From positions 686,784 through 746,415 of the forward strand of contig NW_004797445.1 in NCBI RefSeq assembly GCF_000002075.1: 59,632 nt of DNA, given 5' to 3'. Made by a program: the position numbers and the translations under genes. This DNA comes from Aplysia californica (Eukaryota). Below are positions 47,901-59,191 of this stretch, one piece after another. Each line of letters starts with the position of its first letter. The stretch's first letter is position 1. The notes under the pieces were generated by a model. It saw only the letters and a program-made list of their open reading frames with translations, did no database searches and had not been told where the DNA came from.

Positions 47901-50900
47901 GAGCCATACAAATGTGATGAAAACAGAACATTCTCTCTGACATGCTACGTGCAGCAAGCGGGTGTCAATTTTAGTCTCAAATAAATGCATAAATAACCAC
48001 AATGACAATTACCAGGGATCACAGTGAAATTTTTCGCCAACCCCTGAATTTTGATGGTCAATCAGATAGACTTCCGTAAATATTGTGCACATCCCCCACC
48101 CCTTTTCCACATCAGTTTAAAAATGCAAAATAAACCAACGGAACAAGAGGGGAAATGTCAGTTCGGGCTCACCTCCAATTGAAGGAGAGGGCATGTTTTC
48201 TTTACTGTTTGTGACTTTCTTTTTCTCGTCTCACTCGCATTTGGTCTATAATAGGCCAAGCTTAGAGGAATCTGCGGATCGCAGGGCGCCTTAGGGCCAA
48301 TCTCAGGCTACTCAAGGCCTACAGTGGCGTGACTTGAGGCCGGGGCGGAACGACCGCCGGCATGGATTTTGGGAAGTTCTCGCAACCGCGGAAAATCGCG
48401 GACCCGCGGAAAACTGTGATCCCTGAATTACTTTCTAGAAATGAAACTTTATTTAAAGCTTGAGCACAAATTCAAAAAGTTTCAGACACATGTGATACAA
48501 GTAGTAGATGTGAACCAAAAGAATTTTAAACCAGACATGAGTCGAGTGAGAACAGTTGTGAAATTCAAGCACATACACACTAGCAAACTAGTATGAAGAA
48601 AAGACTACATGCTACAGGTAACATAGCAGAAATGACAGCTGAGAAAGGTCTTAAAAATATTTTTAAAATACAATAAAGAAACACTACAAAAAAAGTGGGT
48701 TTTACACATGCACAGCAAACAATACTATCATCATCACCTCTTGGAAGATCTCACAACAAAAGAACATCTGTGAGAAAACTTTTTTTTTCAAAGATAAGAG
48801 GGAAAATCCAGGGAAACCATTCAACTTAAAGAGCAAACTTTGGAGTAATCTACTGTCGTATAGAGAATGGAATTTTCATTTTGTGCTAGGAAAAAAAATG
48901 CAAAACAAAAATCTGGACTTATTATGGCACCCTCTAATAACCACCCACACTGACACAGAGCACTGCTATGACACTCAATTAGGTCTTCAAACTAATGCTA
49001 GTTTAAATAATATATCAGGAACAGCTAAAAATACAATAATTGATTTGTGTCCTAACAACTCCATTGCACTAAACATAGTGTACATTTTCTTTTTTAGAAC
49101 TACCTTTTACTTCAAAACTAAAGAAATACACCGGGGAAGAAATAAACAAGGCTAAAAATAAAAAAATTAATGAAAAGGGTAAAATGGAAAAGAATAACAG
49201 ATTTTAAAAGATTGACAAAGTTCCTTCTCATTCAGGAATCACACACTGTCCACCTTGACAGTATTACCCTTATGTCCACTGCATTAATCTTTTTGGCTTT
49301 AAAAGAGTCTTTTCGATTATAGGCAAAAATCACCTGTTAAGTTAAAAAATTCTTTCCACCTGGCGAAAACCTGCAAAATTGTGTCCTATCATGACATCAA
49401 AACATTTACTCAGCCAAATCAACTAATGGTCATTTGGAGAAAAAAAAACAAAGTAATAATTATAATCAGATGTCCTCTTTTAATAATAAATATCTCATTA
49501 AAATATTCCTCAAAAGGGGATCAGAAACGTCTCAGGCGTTAGTAAGATAAGTTCTGAACACCAAGTGACACACACCAGCACTAATAACAAAACCACAACA
49601 AGCCTTGGCACCACCATGCGTAGGAAAACATACTAGTCATACATGTCATCAGGCGCATGCCTGCCCTGTGCACGATTCCAGAGATCTTTAGCCTTGTCTA
49701 GTGCTCCACTGACAACTGACTTTTTGCCCGTCTCCCAGTCCTCAATTTCTTCCATTTTCCCTGGCCGATCTCTGTAGCTCTTTGGTTCTTCGTCATAGCG
49801 ATCACCTGTTCAGCAAAGAAAAATGAACACAGTATGAGTCAAAACCCCAATTACTCTTCATCTGCAACCCAATAAAACAAGAAATTCTTGTTTACACTGT
49901 AAAAGCATTTTTCTAATCCTTTACTACAACAATCATTGTTTTATGTAAACAGTGTAGTTATGTATACAATAACATCCTCATTTAACACAGTTCTCCTGCT
50001 GATACTCATTGTACTGCCAGATCCATCTCAAGTGTTTACTTCTGTTTTTCCAAAATTGCAACATTTTTTAAACAAGACATATAGTGACCACCAAAATGAC
50101 AAAAAAAATCAGCCCTCTAAAAGTGCATTTAGAAGGCATGGAACACATGTGCATGAAAAGTGATAAAATGTAGTCTTTGAATAAGTGTTATAGGTCAGGA
50201 TTATCAATATTTTTATTACTCTTACTGTAAGAGGATGTGCCACTAAAGCCCATGACATCACTGGACACGCCAACATATTTATCCTTTGTCTTTTTCGCCT
50301 TTTTTCTCTCATCTCGAAGTCTGTCATCATCTTGAATAAAGTCGAGAAGCTCCTTCACTTTGTGACGTACTGAAACATTTCAAAAGAAACAATAGGCATT
50401 TTATCTTTGGGTAACTGTGAAATTTGCCACCATAAAGTAATTATTCTCCATGGACTTTCTCATTAAAACATATCATCAATTCATTGAGATATTCTTTTAT
50501 TTATCTCCAACCATCACAAAATTTCTCGCTGCTTTGGCTTTCAACAAGATCATTAAAGATTTCTATTTACCACACTCACACCAGAGCACCCGCCTACCAC
50601 CCACGATCACAGAACCGGCACTCTTAAAATCAAATGGTAACAAATCACAAACTATTCGATCCTAGCCATCTTTCTCCCCCTCTCAACACCACACAAACAA
50701 GAGCAGACAAAAACATTAAACATGATTTATACTGAACAATCTTACACATTCAAGCTACCACAATGTCAAATATAAATTTAGAAGAAAAAAAAATATGCAG
50801 AACAAGTATACATGAACTCAAGAGAATAAAAAGACGCATACCATTCAATCCCTGATCTTTGCCTAGTTCGTCAGTGAAAGCATAGTTTTCCAAGCCTCTC

Positions 50901-53900
50901 AAGTCATAAATGTGTTCCCTTGTGCTGGTTACAACTCTCTCTGAGCCATTCTTGATCAGATAGCTCAACAACACTAAAGCCTGAGGAAGAAACAGCTAAA
51001 TGGTAAGCTGGGAGAAAGATTCCTCCATATCATGTGTATAAAAAGAAGCATACACTCTTAAACTCATTGACCTACAACAATAAATAACGGACAAAAGGAT
51101 CTTTATAACTTGTGAACAGTAATCAGTTTGCACAAATCATCTATCACAGAGCACCAGCTCAGGTCATGTAAAACTTTCATACTTTGAGTCTCAACAAGTC
51201 AAATGTTTTTTTGTAGACTTTAACTGCTGGATCAACAAATTCAGACGGCAAAACAATGACGTATTCACATTATCACTTCAAAATAATATTGCGATAGACA
51301 TTTACTGTAAAAACGAAGTATGATTTTTCAGGGATTATACAATATATATGCCTAAAAAGGGACATCACTTACAATATAATCTATACACAGAAAAAAAAAT
51401 TTTGCTTAAGATCTTTTTTTAAAATCCTCTTCCAACTTTAGAAACAGTTATAATTGGAAAATGTATCCACAAGCAGTGGTTGCAACCTAAGAACACATTG
51501 CCGATAAACCCATTGATCCAAATAAGAGTCCACTTTTTTCATGAAGATAAAATTTTGCTCTATAGTTTGCAATCCTTGGAACCCATTCAAGAAGATAAAA
51601 ATAAACTTAGGACTTAAGGGCAATACACCTTCCTCAGGATCCTGCTTTACCACGCCTAAACTTGCTGTAACTGGTCATTTTTAAGAGGAAGGACAGGTAA
51701 GGAAGAAAGGACTATTCAATCTACACACTGCAAACACACAAAACATAATTTAAGGTAGACTATGAGACACTTCAGTTCTGTAGATAATGTTGGTCGTTCA
51801 GTTGATTTCCCTTGGTTCAATCTGCTGTTCCCCTCATGGCTTTATTTCATTCACTTCACCCATGCAGAGTTGCAACTTACTGTTTCTCATAGTTCTATGC
51901 CATCAAATCACAGTGACAATGCAGTGTTGTGGAAAACCACACAAGCCTAAGCCACTTGTTCTCATTTGTACGCCGAACAACACATTGTTCACAAATATGC
52001 GCACACAATGAAAACAACAAAAAAACTTCCCTACCTTCTGTTCAGAGTCAGTAACTTCAGCGCGTAACAAATGAGGTAACTAGGACACCAGGTAGGATGA
52101 GCTGAGTTGTGCCCCTTGAAATCCATATGAGAACCCGCTCTTTTTTTATTCTTTGATTGAGATCATAGTCTCTGGAGTGTTCTTTAAAGTTCTATAACCT
52201 TTCTAAGGCACACCTGGAAAATTCTATTGAGAACTCACCTTGTAAACTCTTCGCCAGTTTTTCTTGTTGTCATGCAGCATCCTCTTCCAGAGCATGCCCA
52301 TTACTTCAGGGAAATGTTCGTATGTAAAAGTGTACTGGGCAATCTCCTTCATCAAGGAGCCATGAGGACCCCATGCGTCATCATTTGTTGCTTCCCTCAC
52401 CTTTGTCTCAACTTCAGAATAGTTCATAACCACATTGGTGCTGAAAACAGAATTACGGAAAGTTTGTCTGTAATGCACTGCTTTTCAGAGAAGTTCTAAA
52501 TCTTTCATCACACATTGTGAACATAAATATATTAGCCAGGAAGTTGTGACTAAAGACAGATTTAAGGAAAAGAAGGAAAAGACCTCGTAAGACTAAGATG
52601 GGTTGAAAGTCATCCCAAAGGTCCTGCCTGCACACTGATTAGCATTTCTGGTACCCTCTACATATAGAGGGGCCCCGTGACAGAATGGCCCTACTTAGCT
52701 TTCGTGCATCAAACAAACAGTGGGTTCCATGTTTCCCCAGGGAAAGTGTGTGTGTGTGCAACAGTCTGCTTGTGTTTGTGGCCTACTTCTAGAACCGTCT
52801 CCATTAGTTCAAAAGCAAGGCGAACAGCTATTTGAGCCTGGCCCATATCAGTCAGGCCCTCCTAGCCCAGCGCATGCACGCCGAGCATCATCTGTGTGAA
52901 GATCATGTGTGCGCCTCAGTCTGCTTGAGTTTGTGTGCATTTGTGGCTTACTTGTAGAACCGCCTGCATTAGTTCATAACCGAGGCGTACGTCTCATTCA
53001 AAACATGTCAAGGTGGTAGCTCTAGATAATTCAGTGCTTCCACCAGCTGATGCTGAAAAGTAAGGAAAATTCTGCCGGGGGTCTGGGGGCCACATAAAGG
53101 CCCCCATTAAGGTCCAGGGACAGCGTTCCGGTGGGGGTTCAGGGGGCGAAGCCCCCGAAGAAATTGAAATTTTGTGCTTTTAGAGGGTTGAAAATAGCAT
53201 TTGGGAGCCTGTTTGCCAACAACCCATACTACTAATACCTCTATTTTTTCACCAAGATTTTGTCTTGTTTCAATTCTTCACACATATCTTTCCATTGCTG
53301 GCAATTTTTAAAAGAAGGTTCCCCTTCCATTGCTACTATAATTCAATTAATTTGTCATCCACCATTGATAGAAGGCAAACCTGGGAATAATGAATAAAGA
53401 TACCTTCACAATACAGTTACCCAGCGTATACCCTAATTTTTCCTAAATTTTCACGTCTGAATGTCACATGTCACAACTTCAGAACACCACTTCGAATTAT
53501 TCTTGATTTTAGTAGTTTTAGCACAAATTTTTTTCATTGCTGCCCTAATCCCGTTCTCGTGCCATAGAATCTTCGCACTGATAATTTCTCTAGACCTAGA
53601 CAATAAATTTGCGAAAAATTTTCTTTCTGACAGTAATTTTCTACGATCACAAGTCAATATACTTGGTCAACGCGCAAATTTTCCAGCCGCGGCAACAATC
53701 CGAAGATAGACGGAATGAGGGAATGACAGAAGGGAAGAAAAAGGCACAAAAAGTTCGCCAGATTTTGATCAATCTGCAGGTAAAAAATGTACTGCCGACC
53801 AACCCCCAATGAATGCATGGGGCATAGGGGATAAATGGTCAATGGCAGGAAATGCGCAATCTGACAGATACTATAACAAACTACTGCCGAGAGAATTACC

Positions 53901-56900
53901 GTAAATATCCGTAACTTGAACTATACAAAACGATATGAAGGCGAGTACGGGTCTTTTGCTACAGAATTTTGGTAGTCCTACGCTGTCGCAGATTTTTACG
54001 AAGGGAGTTGATAATGATGGAGGAACAAGTACGAAACTGGCAGAAAGTACGGATTTCCGTAAAAATACGGAAGAGTGGAAGCACTGTATTCGTCCAATGA
54101 AATTTGAACAAATTCTCCACTTAGGCTAGACATGAGGAGCTCAGTAATAACACTCGCATTTCGGCACTGATGAAGAACAGCCTGAGTTAAGTCTAGGTTC
54201 TGTGTGTGTACTTTTTTTTTTAGTTTGTTTTGTCTGCTGAACACAAATTTGACTCCATTTACGTGGCAAATCATAGCCTGCAAACTACATTCAGGGCGTC
54301 TTCCAGGATTCCCCTCGCCATATGACTAGATCTCACTGTCGCGGGCCCACTTTGCCGCTTAGAGTGCGATGGGCTTCATCACCAACTGCTTTGGCTATGT
54401 GTGTGTGGGTGTGTGTGCGCATGCGCTTGAGTGTGTGTCTGTCTGTGTGTGTACAACTTTGAGGAGTAGAAGGTAAATTTATGGAACGAGAATAGCTGAG
54501 TAAGTTTGTAAAAGATTATACAACAAATTAATAGCCTAACAAAAAACCCAAAGACGACGAGATCTAGTCAACAGTTGTTACTAGCGAGGGAAACCCAAGA
54601 GTCTTCAGGGAAGCCCCGGAAGACGACAAAAATAGATGCCGAAAATACGTCATCTGTTTGGGCCAGTCACAGAGCTGTGCTCAGTGCTCGCTGTAGCTTC
54701 ATATTATAAAAGAAGAGACCTAACCCTAAACCAAACTATTTCAGTCTTAGTTTAGACCTACTCTATCTACTTTAGAAGTTTAGAAGGTCATATTTTGTTC
54801 AGTAAATATGGCAGTGGTCACTCGTAACAGAATGCCTGACCACTCTCAACTTTACAAAAGAATAGGCCTACAGATAATCTTAGGCTTACAAAGGAAGCTA
54901 TCCTCACCCGGAGTGAGAATATAATACATACGATCGACCTCTCACCCTGGGTGAGACTTGCCAGCGTTGGCTATTCTCACCCGCTGTGAAACAAGACCTG
55001 TTTTTCCTAATTTCGGAATACTGTCTATCAGTGTGGATGATCAAATTGACAAAAACAAAGAAAAAATGACGTTAATAGCACAAAAGTAAGCTAATTTGAT
55101 CGTCTACAAAGATGCTATGGCTATTTCACTTTTCGAATCGAGCCGAACTACGGGGGTCACCATTTTGTTTTGCCCGGAATTTCTCGCAAGATCTAATCCT
55201 CAACTCTCTCTCTCTCTGTCTCTTTCTGAATACTGTCTATCTGTGTGTACGATCAAATTGACCAAAACAAAGTTAAACACTGATGTAAAAACACAAAAAA
55301 AGTCAATTAATTTGGTCGTCTACAAAGATGCTACGGCTATTTATTTAACTTTTCGAATCGAGCTGAACTATACGGGTCACCATTTTGTTTTGCCTGGAAG
55401 TTCTCGAGCTACTCCTCTCTCTTTCCACTGCCCACAGACAAATTGCACACTTTTAGGCTTCTAACATTAACACAAGAGCGCTGGAACGTCTGTTCACGGC
55501 ACAGAATTCTACAATTCTGTTATCACAGTGTAGAATTCTGTGGTTCAGGGTGAACGCTGCACTGGTTGGCCTAGGCTATAACGGTGAACCCACACCCGGT
55601 GAGAATAGTCAAAAGGGTCGCCTGCGCTATTCTCACCCGGGGTGAGAATAGAGGTGGCCGGCTACAAAAAAAGGCAGTTTATGTAACAGGCTACTTGAAG
55701 GAGATAGAAGAGAAATAGATGGGTGGATAGATCTAGATCTAGTAATATCTCATCCTGAGAATTAGCCAATTAGATATTCCAGTTCAAGATTCTCGATCTA
55801 GAATCTAGATGTAGAGCCTATGTACGGCATACCGTCACGTACGTCAGACCGTCAGTTGGCACGCATTTGGCCTAAAATTGGACAACCAGACAATTATGCG
55901 ATAACCTGGAATGCTGTCTGCTAAACAATTCCGTTCAACATTGTTTTGTTTTCAAGTTCAACAATTTTGAGCAGAATCAGACACCTGTGTGAGCAGATAT
56001 AATCCATTATATCTCCAAAGGTAAGAACCGCGTTCAGCCATTACGGTTTGCAGATACGCATTGCGTCGTGGGAAATAAGCTATTGGTTCTGTAATCGTAC
56101 CCGCAGAATCGCATTTTTATTCAGTTTATAAGGTGTCTAGTTACCGCCTCAAACCATTCGCTGCCCTTTGTTGTAACAATTGGCGCCCGTAGGGGGGGTG
56201 ACGGTATGGGGTACAATTTTTTAGGGATGTACCCGATACCGTCACTATATTTTTTTACATGGTGCGTGACTTGAAAAATAGTTATTTCTTGACGGACTAT
56301 GGATGGCATCTTAGTACTTTAGATTTTATAGTTTCTATGATTTGATATAGATCTAGATAGATCTATTTCGACACGGATTCATTAGAAAATGAGCGACTTT
56401 AGATTTTTCCTTTTTAATGTTTGAAACAAATTTATATGAAGGAAACTCTTTCCCTTTGTATGTAATGATGATGACGATGTTCCTCTGTCCAATGTATGTT
56501 GTGATGATGTTCTTCCAGCCACTGTTTCCACATGTTGTGATATTGTTCCTGCTCCTACTGCTTCTGTTTCAGAAGAAAAACTTGCTGGCCCTCCCCCAAC
56601 TGCCCTTGTCTCTAGTTGTGAGTGGTCAGTTGATGCCCTAGACTTTTCGACTACAGGTCTGGAATTCTCGGGGATCGAATGTATGTACCTCCGAGGACTC
56701 CCTGGATCCTGCAGCAGAGTTTCAGCTACCTTTGGTTTCAACACCAGCTCAGGATCCTGTGGATAACCAGAACCATGACTATTGTCTGCCTGAGCAGGCA
56801 TTGAGCCCATTGGAAGATGAAACTCTGGTGACACCCCAAGTCCCCCAAAAACTACCTCAGGACAACACTTTAAATTTAGCTTTGTCCTTGACAAGCTAAT

Positions 56901-59015
56901 TGATCACGCCATTGCCAGTGGATGAATGGCATCAGACATGCATTGTCATTGGGTCCGCCGTTGCCATTGGCACAAAATCGAACTTAAGGAGAACGAGGGG
57001 GCTTACAGAAAGTACCTTGATTTGTACAATCAACTCATTCCTGCCCCCTCGTTCGTCAACCTGCCCGTACCAGCAAGCTGGAACTCTAAGGTTTCAACAC
57101 AGAGAAGCGGGCTAAGGCCCCTACATACATGTCTTACGGGCAAAGTACAAAGCATGGGAGGAGGCGAAGAAATTGGAAGAAGAGAAGAAAAAGGAAGAAG
57201 TGGAAAAGAGGAAGAGAGAAAGGGAGAGAAAAGGGTGGAGAAGGAAGAAGAGAAAAGAGGAGAAAAGTTAACGAAGTTGGAGAAGCAGAGAGCAGGGAAG
57301 AAGAAGAAGAAACAACATGGAAATGTGGGAGTAAGGGAAGGAAGAGGAAAGTACAGGCAAAGATGATGAAGCTAAAGAGAAGAAAAGGAGAGACTAGAGA
57401 GTGAGGAGGAGAAAGAGGATGAAAAGGAAGTGGGATTGGTTTACGACGATGACCGCTCCGCAGTTTGTTGTGATACATGATGTCTAAGAGTAAAATGAAG
57501 CATTCATGTACTTGTGTGTGAGAGTAAAAGATGTTCAAGTGAGTTTGCTGTGGTGAGGAAGAATAAAATGAAGCACTCATGTACCTGTGTGTGAGAAAGA
57601 TGTTTCATATCATTGAGTTTGTGATATGTGTGGAAGAGTAAAATGAAACATTCATGTACCTATGTGTGAGTAAAATGTGAGTCTGTTCTGGTGGTTGTTC
57701 TTTTTAGTGTATGTCAATAAACATTAGTTCTATCTTTGGCCCGCTGTACAAAAGGAGTTCGTCTTTGCTTCTTTCCTCTTTTCAAACGCCTAGTTGTGCT
57801 TCAATTTGAGAGTGCTGGTAAATGGGGTGTAGTGGGTGACAGGTATAAGGCGTACATGCCATGACAGAAAACCCGACATGTGACGGTACGGGGTACATGC
57901 CATGACATGCGTCAAGTCTCGGTTAGGGCACTTAGGGGTCTTCTTTATGTATTATACACTATCTGACTAAAAACCTCACCCCACACCGACAGGAAAGGCT
58001 GGCCTCTCAACGAAACGAAATTTTGGGTCGATGTTTTTAAAAGAGCCGAAGTTATTGTATCTAATACAAAAGGGTGTAAGATTGAAGAATACCGGACCAG
58101 CGGACTGACTTTGCCTATGTCTCAACCTTACGAATTCATAATTTTCCCGTTTTTAATATCTCTCAATGGAGAATCTCGGACCGGTAGATCTATTCATTAA
58201 AATTTTGTCAGGGGGGAGACCCCCCCTGTACCCCCTCCCCCTCCCAATCACCCGCCCCACCTATCCCACTTTCTCGCGCAATAATGTACGAATGGTCCGG
58301 TGGCCATTCTTCAATCTTCCCTACAAAAGTTCACTTCCGGAAATAGTCATCACAAAACACTAAGGTGACGGTATGCCGTGCAGGGGCTCTAGATCTAATC
58401 TAGAATCTAGATTTACATGTCCATGTCAATAAATTGAATGGAAATACAATGGAATCAAATTCAAGTCATGACTCAGACAGACCCCCTAAAAAAAGTTATT
58501 TTAAAAAGGCCTGTTTTATCTCACTTTACAAAACTACAACAGGGATTAAGGTATAATTAGACTGCAACTATAGACTAGGAGACCAAAGTCAAATAACTTG
58601 AGTTAGAGGTTGGGCAAGGACTGGTGGGGGTGTTCTCGGTCTGTCATTTCATTTCAGATTTCACGGAGACTTTGTTGACATTGTTTACCGACCACCGACT
58701 ATCATTCATAGACCAAGATTGCCCTGACCGTGACGGGTAAACGTTCATATGATAACAAAAAGAGAAAAAGCCAGGGAGAGGGGATTGAACAGTTAACAGT
58801 TTATGGAAGGAAACGAGAAAGACATTACACTGAAGAGGCAAAAAGTTAAGATTTGAGGAATGTGGACGGGGACAGGAGAGATAGAGATTGCTTTCGTGTC
58901 AAGCGTCAACAAAACCGGAAGTTGACATGACGGCACATACCAAATCCATCTTTTCAATGACTACTTACACTTTATCAGTCAACTCCCTGAGTTTCCACAC
59001 TCCTGCACTCAACAT
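32757..59015 (-). CDS. CLINT1: Clathrin interactor 1 (epsinR/enthoprotin); ENTH domain, acidic-Phe motifs, Met-rich C-terminus; 16 coding exons, 718 aa
   Basis: Exons 59015-58969, 52440-52239, 50980-50842, 50369-50226, 49805-49634, 47429-47352, 46870-46714, 46068-45921, 45014-44957, 44395-44014, 43426-43388, 41888-41802, 40762-40688, 37475-37337, 34326-34183, 32902-32757 sum to 2157 nt in frame. MLSAGVWKLRELTDKVTNVVMNYSEVETKVREATNDDAWGP...NWRRVYK...NGSERVVTSTREHIYDLR is the epsinR-type ENTH; also FADF/DFGDF motifs, NTWTD...VNISLEGL and a Met-rich tail. Confidence 0.96.
34183..34326 (-). CDS. CLINT1: CLINT1 exon 15 (Met-rich)
   Basis: GMGMMSPGMSGLNQG...PMMNNM; donor gtaagt. Confidence 0.9.
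36440..36620 (-). mobile_element. SINE 3' fragment (family A')
   Basis: Reverse complement of 23465-23647. Confidence 0.72.
37337..37475 (-). CDS. CLINT1: CLINT1 exon 14
   Basis: KNNTWTDSSAKVNISLEGLTP...PSLNQIQ; conserved epsinR TW.D...NISL..L motif. Confidence 0.92.
38840..39090. repeat. Two adjacent copies of dispersed repeat family B
   Basis: gtaagac...cagaaacaacaga...aagtaggacct(g/a)ccagtggc...caactacc...ccctgacag twice. Confidence 0.8.
39435..39605 (-). mobile_element. SINE 3' fragment (family A')
   Basis: Reverse complement of 23465-23647. Confidence 0.72.
40040..40210 (-). mobile_element. SINE 3' fragment (family A')
   Basis: Reverse complement of 23465-23647. Confidence 0.72.
40688..40762 (-). 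CDS. CLINT1: CLINT1 exon 13 (75 nt, VKTEASVTQGQSSIQSVSSTGESSK)
   Basis: gactag / gtctgt; phase 0-0. Confidence 0.72.
41802..41888 (-). CDS. CLINT1: CLINT1 exon 12 (87 nt, PMMMPTQQQNTMMNPAMMG...)
   Basis: ccccag / gtaatg; phase 0-0. Confidence 0.82.
43388..43426 (-). CDS. CLINT1: CLINT1 exon 11 (39 nt, MPGMVPMSGMMQQ)
   Basis: tttcag / gtgagt; phase 0-0. Confidence 0.85.
44014..44395 (-). CDS. CLINT1: CLINT1 exon 10
   Basis: SPSSGFADFSQF...NDLFEVF...Met-rich...MQGTM. Confidence 0.9.
44957..45014 (-). CDS. CLINT1: CLINT1 exon 9
   Basis: GGDFGDFAQFGTAAAADTS; weak donor gtagtg but phase 2 fits. Confidence 0.8.
45921..46068 (-). CDS. CLINT1: CLINT1 exon 8
   Basis: SQTSSTQADNAPNLFDLG...FADFSNF...DDFNPRG. 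Confidence 0.88.
46714..46870 (-). CDS. CLINT1: CLINT1 exon 7
   Basis: RYDFKDDDEEY...TT...KKLDLGASSNFGKEGDTQ. Confidence 0.92.
47352..47429 (-). CDS. CLINT1: CLINT1 exon 6 (charged, 78 nt)
   Basis: YDGDRYDDDYERKEKERENRERRDRD; phase 2-2. Confidence 0.8.
48013..48425. mobile_element. hAT-like MITE with TIR CAGGGATCACAGT and perfect 6-bp TSD AATTAC
   Basis: aattac|cagggatcacagt ... actgtgatccctg|aattac; CpG-rich interior. Confidence 0.8.
49634..49805 (-). CDS. CLINT1: CLINT1 exon 5
   Basis: SDRYDEEPKSYRD...EDWETGKK...APDDMYD. Confidence 0.88.
50226..50369 (-). CDS. CLINT1: CLINT1 exon 4
   Basis: VRHKVKELLDFIQDDDRLRDERKKAKKTKDKYVGVSSD... Confidence 0.96.
50842..50980 (-). CDS. CLINT1: CLINT1 exon 3 (ENTH)
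   Basis: ALVLLSYLIKNGSERVV...GKDQGLN. Confidence 0.97.
52239..52440 (-). CDS. CLINT1: CLINT1 exon 2 (ENTH)
   Basis: TNVVMNYSEVETKVREATNDDAWGP...KKNWRRVYK. Confidence 0.97.
52762..52976. repeat. Imperfect direct repeat (cagtctgcttg.gtttgtg...gtggc.tactt.tagaaccg.ct.cattagttca)
   Basis: Two copies ~155 bp apart. Confidence 0.7.
53032..54086. mobile_element. hAT-like non-autonomous element
   Basis: 12-bp TIR CAGTGCTTCCAC / GTGGAAGCACTG; subterminal ccgtaa/tacgg repeats and a gggggttcagggggcgaagccccc hairpin block; no clear TSD. Confidence 0.6.
54893..55659. mobile_element. Non-autonomous DNA element, copy 2 (same family as 6703-7483)
   Basis: End-to-end similarity with copy 1; flanks ggcttacaaa / ggctacaaaa. 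Confidence 0.75.
56437..57366 (+). pseudogene. Frameshifted, stop-interrupted ORF of unknown family inside the TIR element
   Basis: Protein-like segments in successive frames: CNDDDDVPLSNVCC...; SEDSLDPAAEFQLP...NHDYCLPEQ...; FSFVLDKLIDHAIASG*MASDMHCHWVRRCHWHKIELKENEGAYRKYLDLYNQLIP; K/E-rich end; AATAAA at 57716. Confidence 0.45.
57488..57682. repeat. Three imperfect tandem units (agtaaaatgaa.ca.tcatgtac.t.tgtgtgag)
   Basis: Directly visible. Confidence 0.8.
58969..59015 (-). CDS. CLINT1: CLINT1 exon 1 (MLSAGVWKLRELTDKV)
   Basis: aaaATG; donor gtaagt; matches the epsinR WK.REL.DK N-terminus. Confidence 0.92.
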
Positions 59016-59125
59016 TTTGTTTTTGTAATGTCCAAATAATATCCAACAAAGGAACTAATTTCAACCAAAGAGCCGATGTTGACAGATTCCCGGCAGCTAC
59101 ACAGCTTTCGTCACCCTTTCTACAA

Positions 59126-59191
59126 CCGGAAGTATTGGCTCGGCAAACCCACAAAATGGCGGCGCTTCGAAAAAAATCTGTATTTGATTGG
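59126..59191 (-). promoter_or_regulatory. CLINT1 housekeeping-type promoter (ETS, CCAAT x2, YY1-like)
   Basis: CCGGAAGT 59126-59133, ATTGG at 59134 and 59187, AAAATGGCGGC 59153-59163; a second CCGGAAGT at 58915 in intron 1. Confidence 0.6.

Larger units (their letters stand above)
55812..58391. mobile_element. 2.6-kb TIR element with TAG...CTA termini (Academ-like) carrying a decayed ORF
   Basis: TAGAGCCTATGTACGGCATACCGTCAC ... GTGACGGTATGCCGTGCAGGGGCTCTA (24 of 27 positions inverted-complementary); flanks gatg / gatc; the GTGACGGTA core recurs internally. Confidence 0.7.

Noticed and set aside
51351-51360. Isolated CArG match CCTAAAAAGG
   Set aside because: Single intronic hit, compatible with chance frequency.
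56382-56894. 170-aa minus-strand ORF as a nested gene
   Set aside because: No recognisable domain; it is the antisense of the decayed plus-strand ORF inside the TIR element.
57488-57682. Spaced direct repeats resembling a CRISPR array (also 18296-18430)
   Set aside because: Degenerate tandem units with related spacers, eukaryotic intron context and no cas genes.
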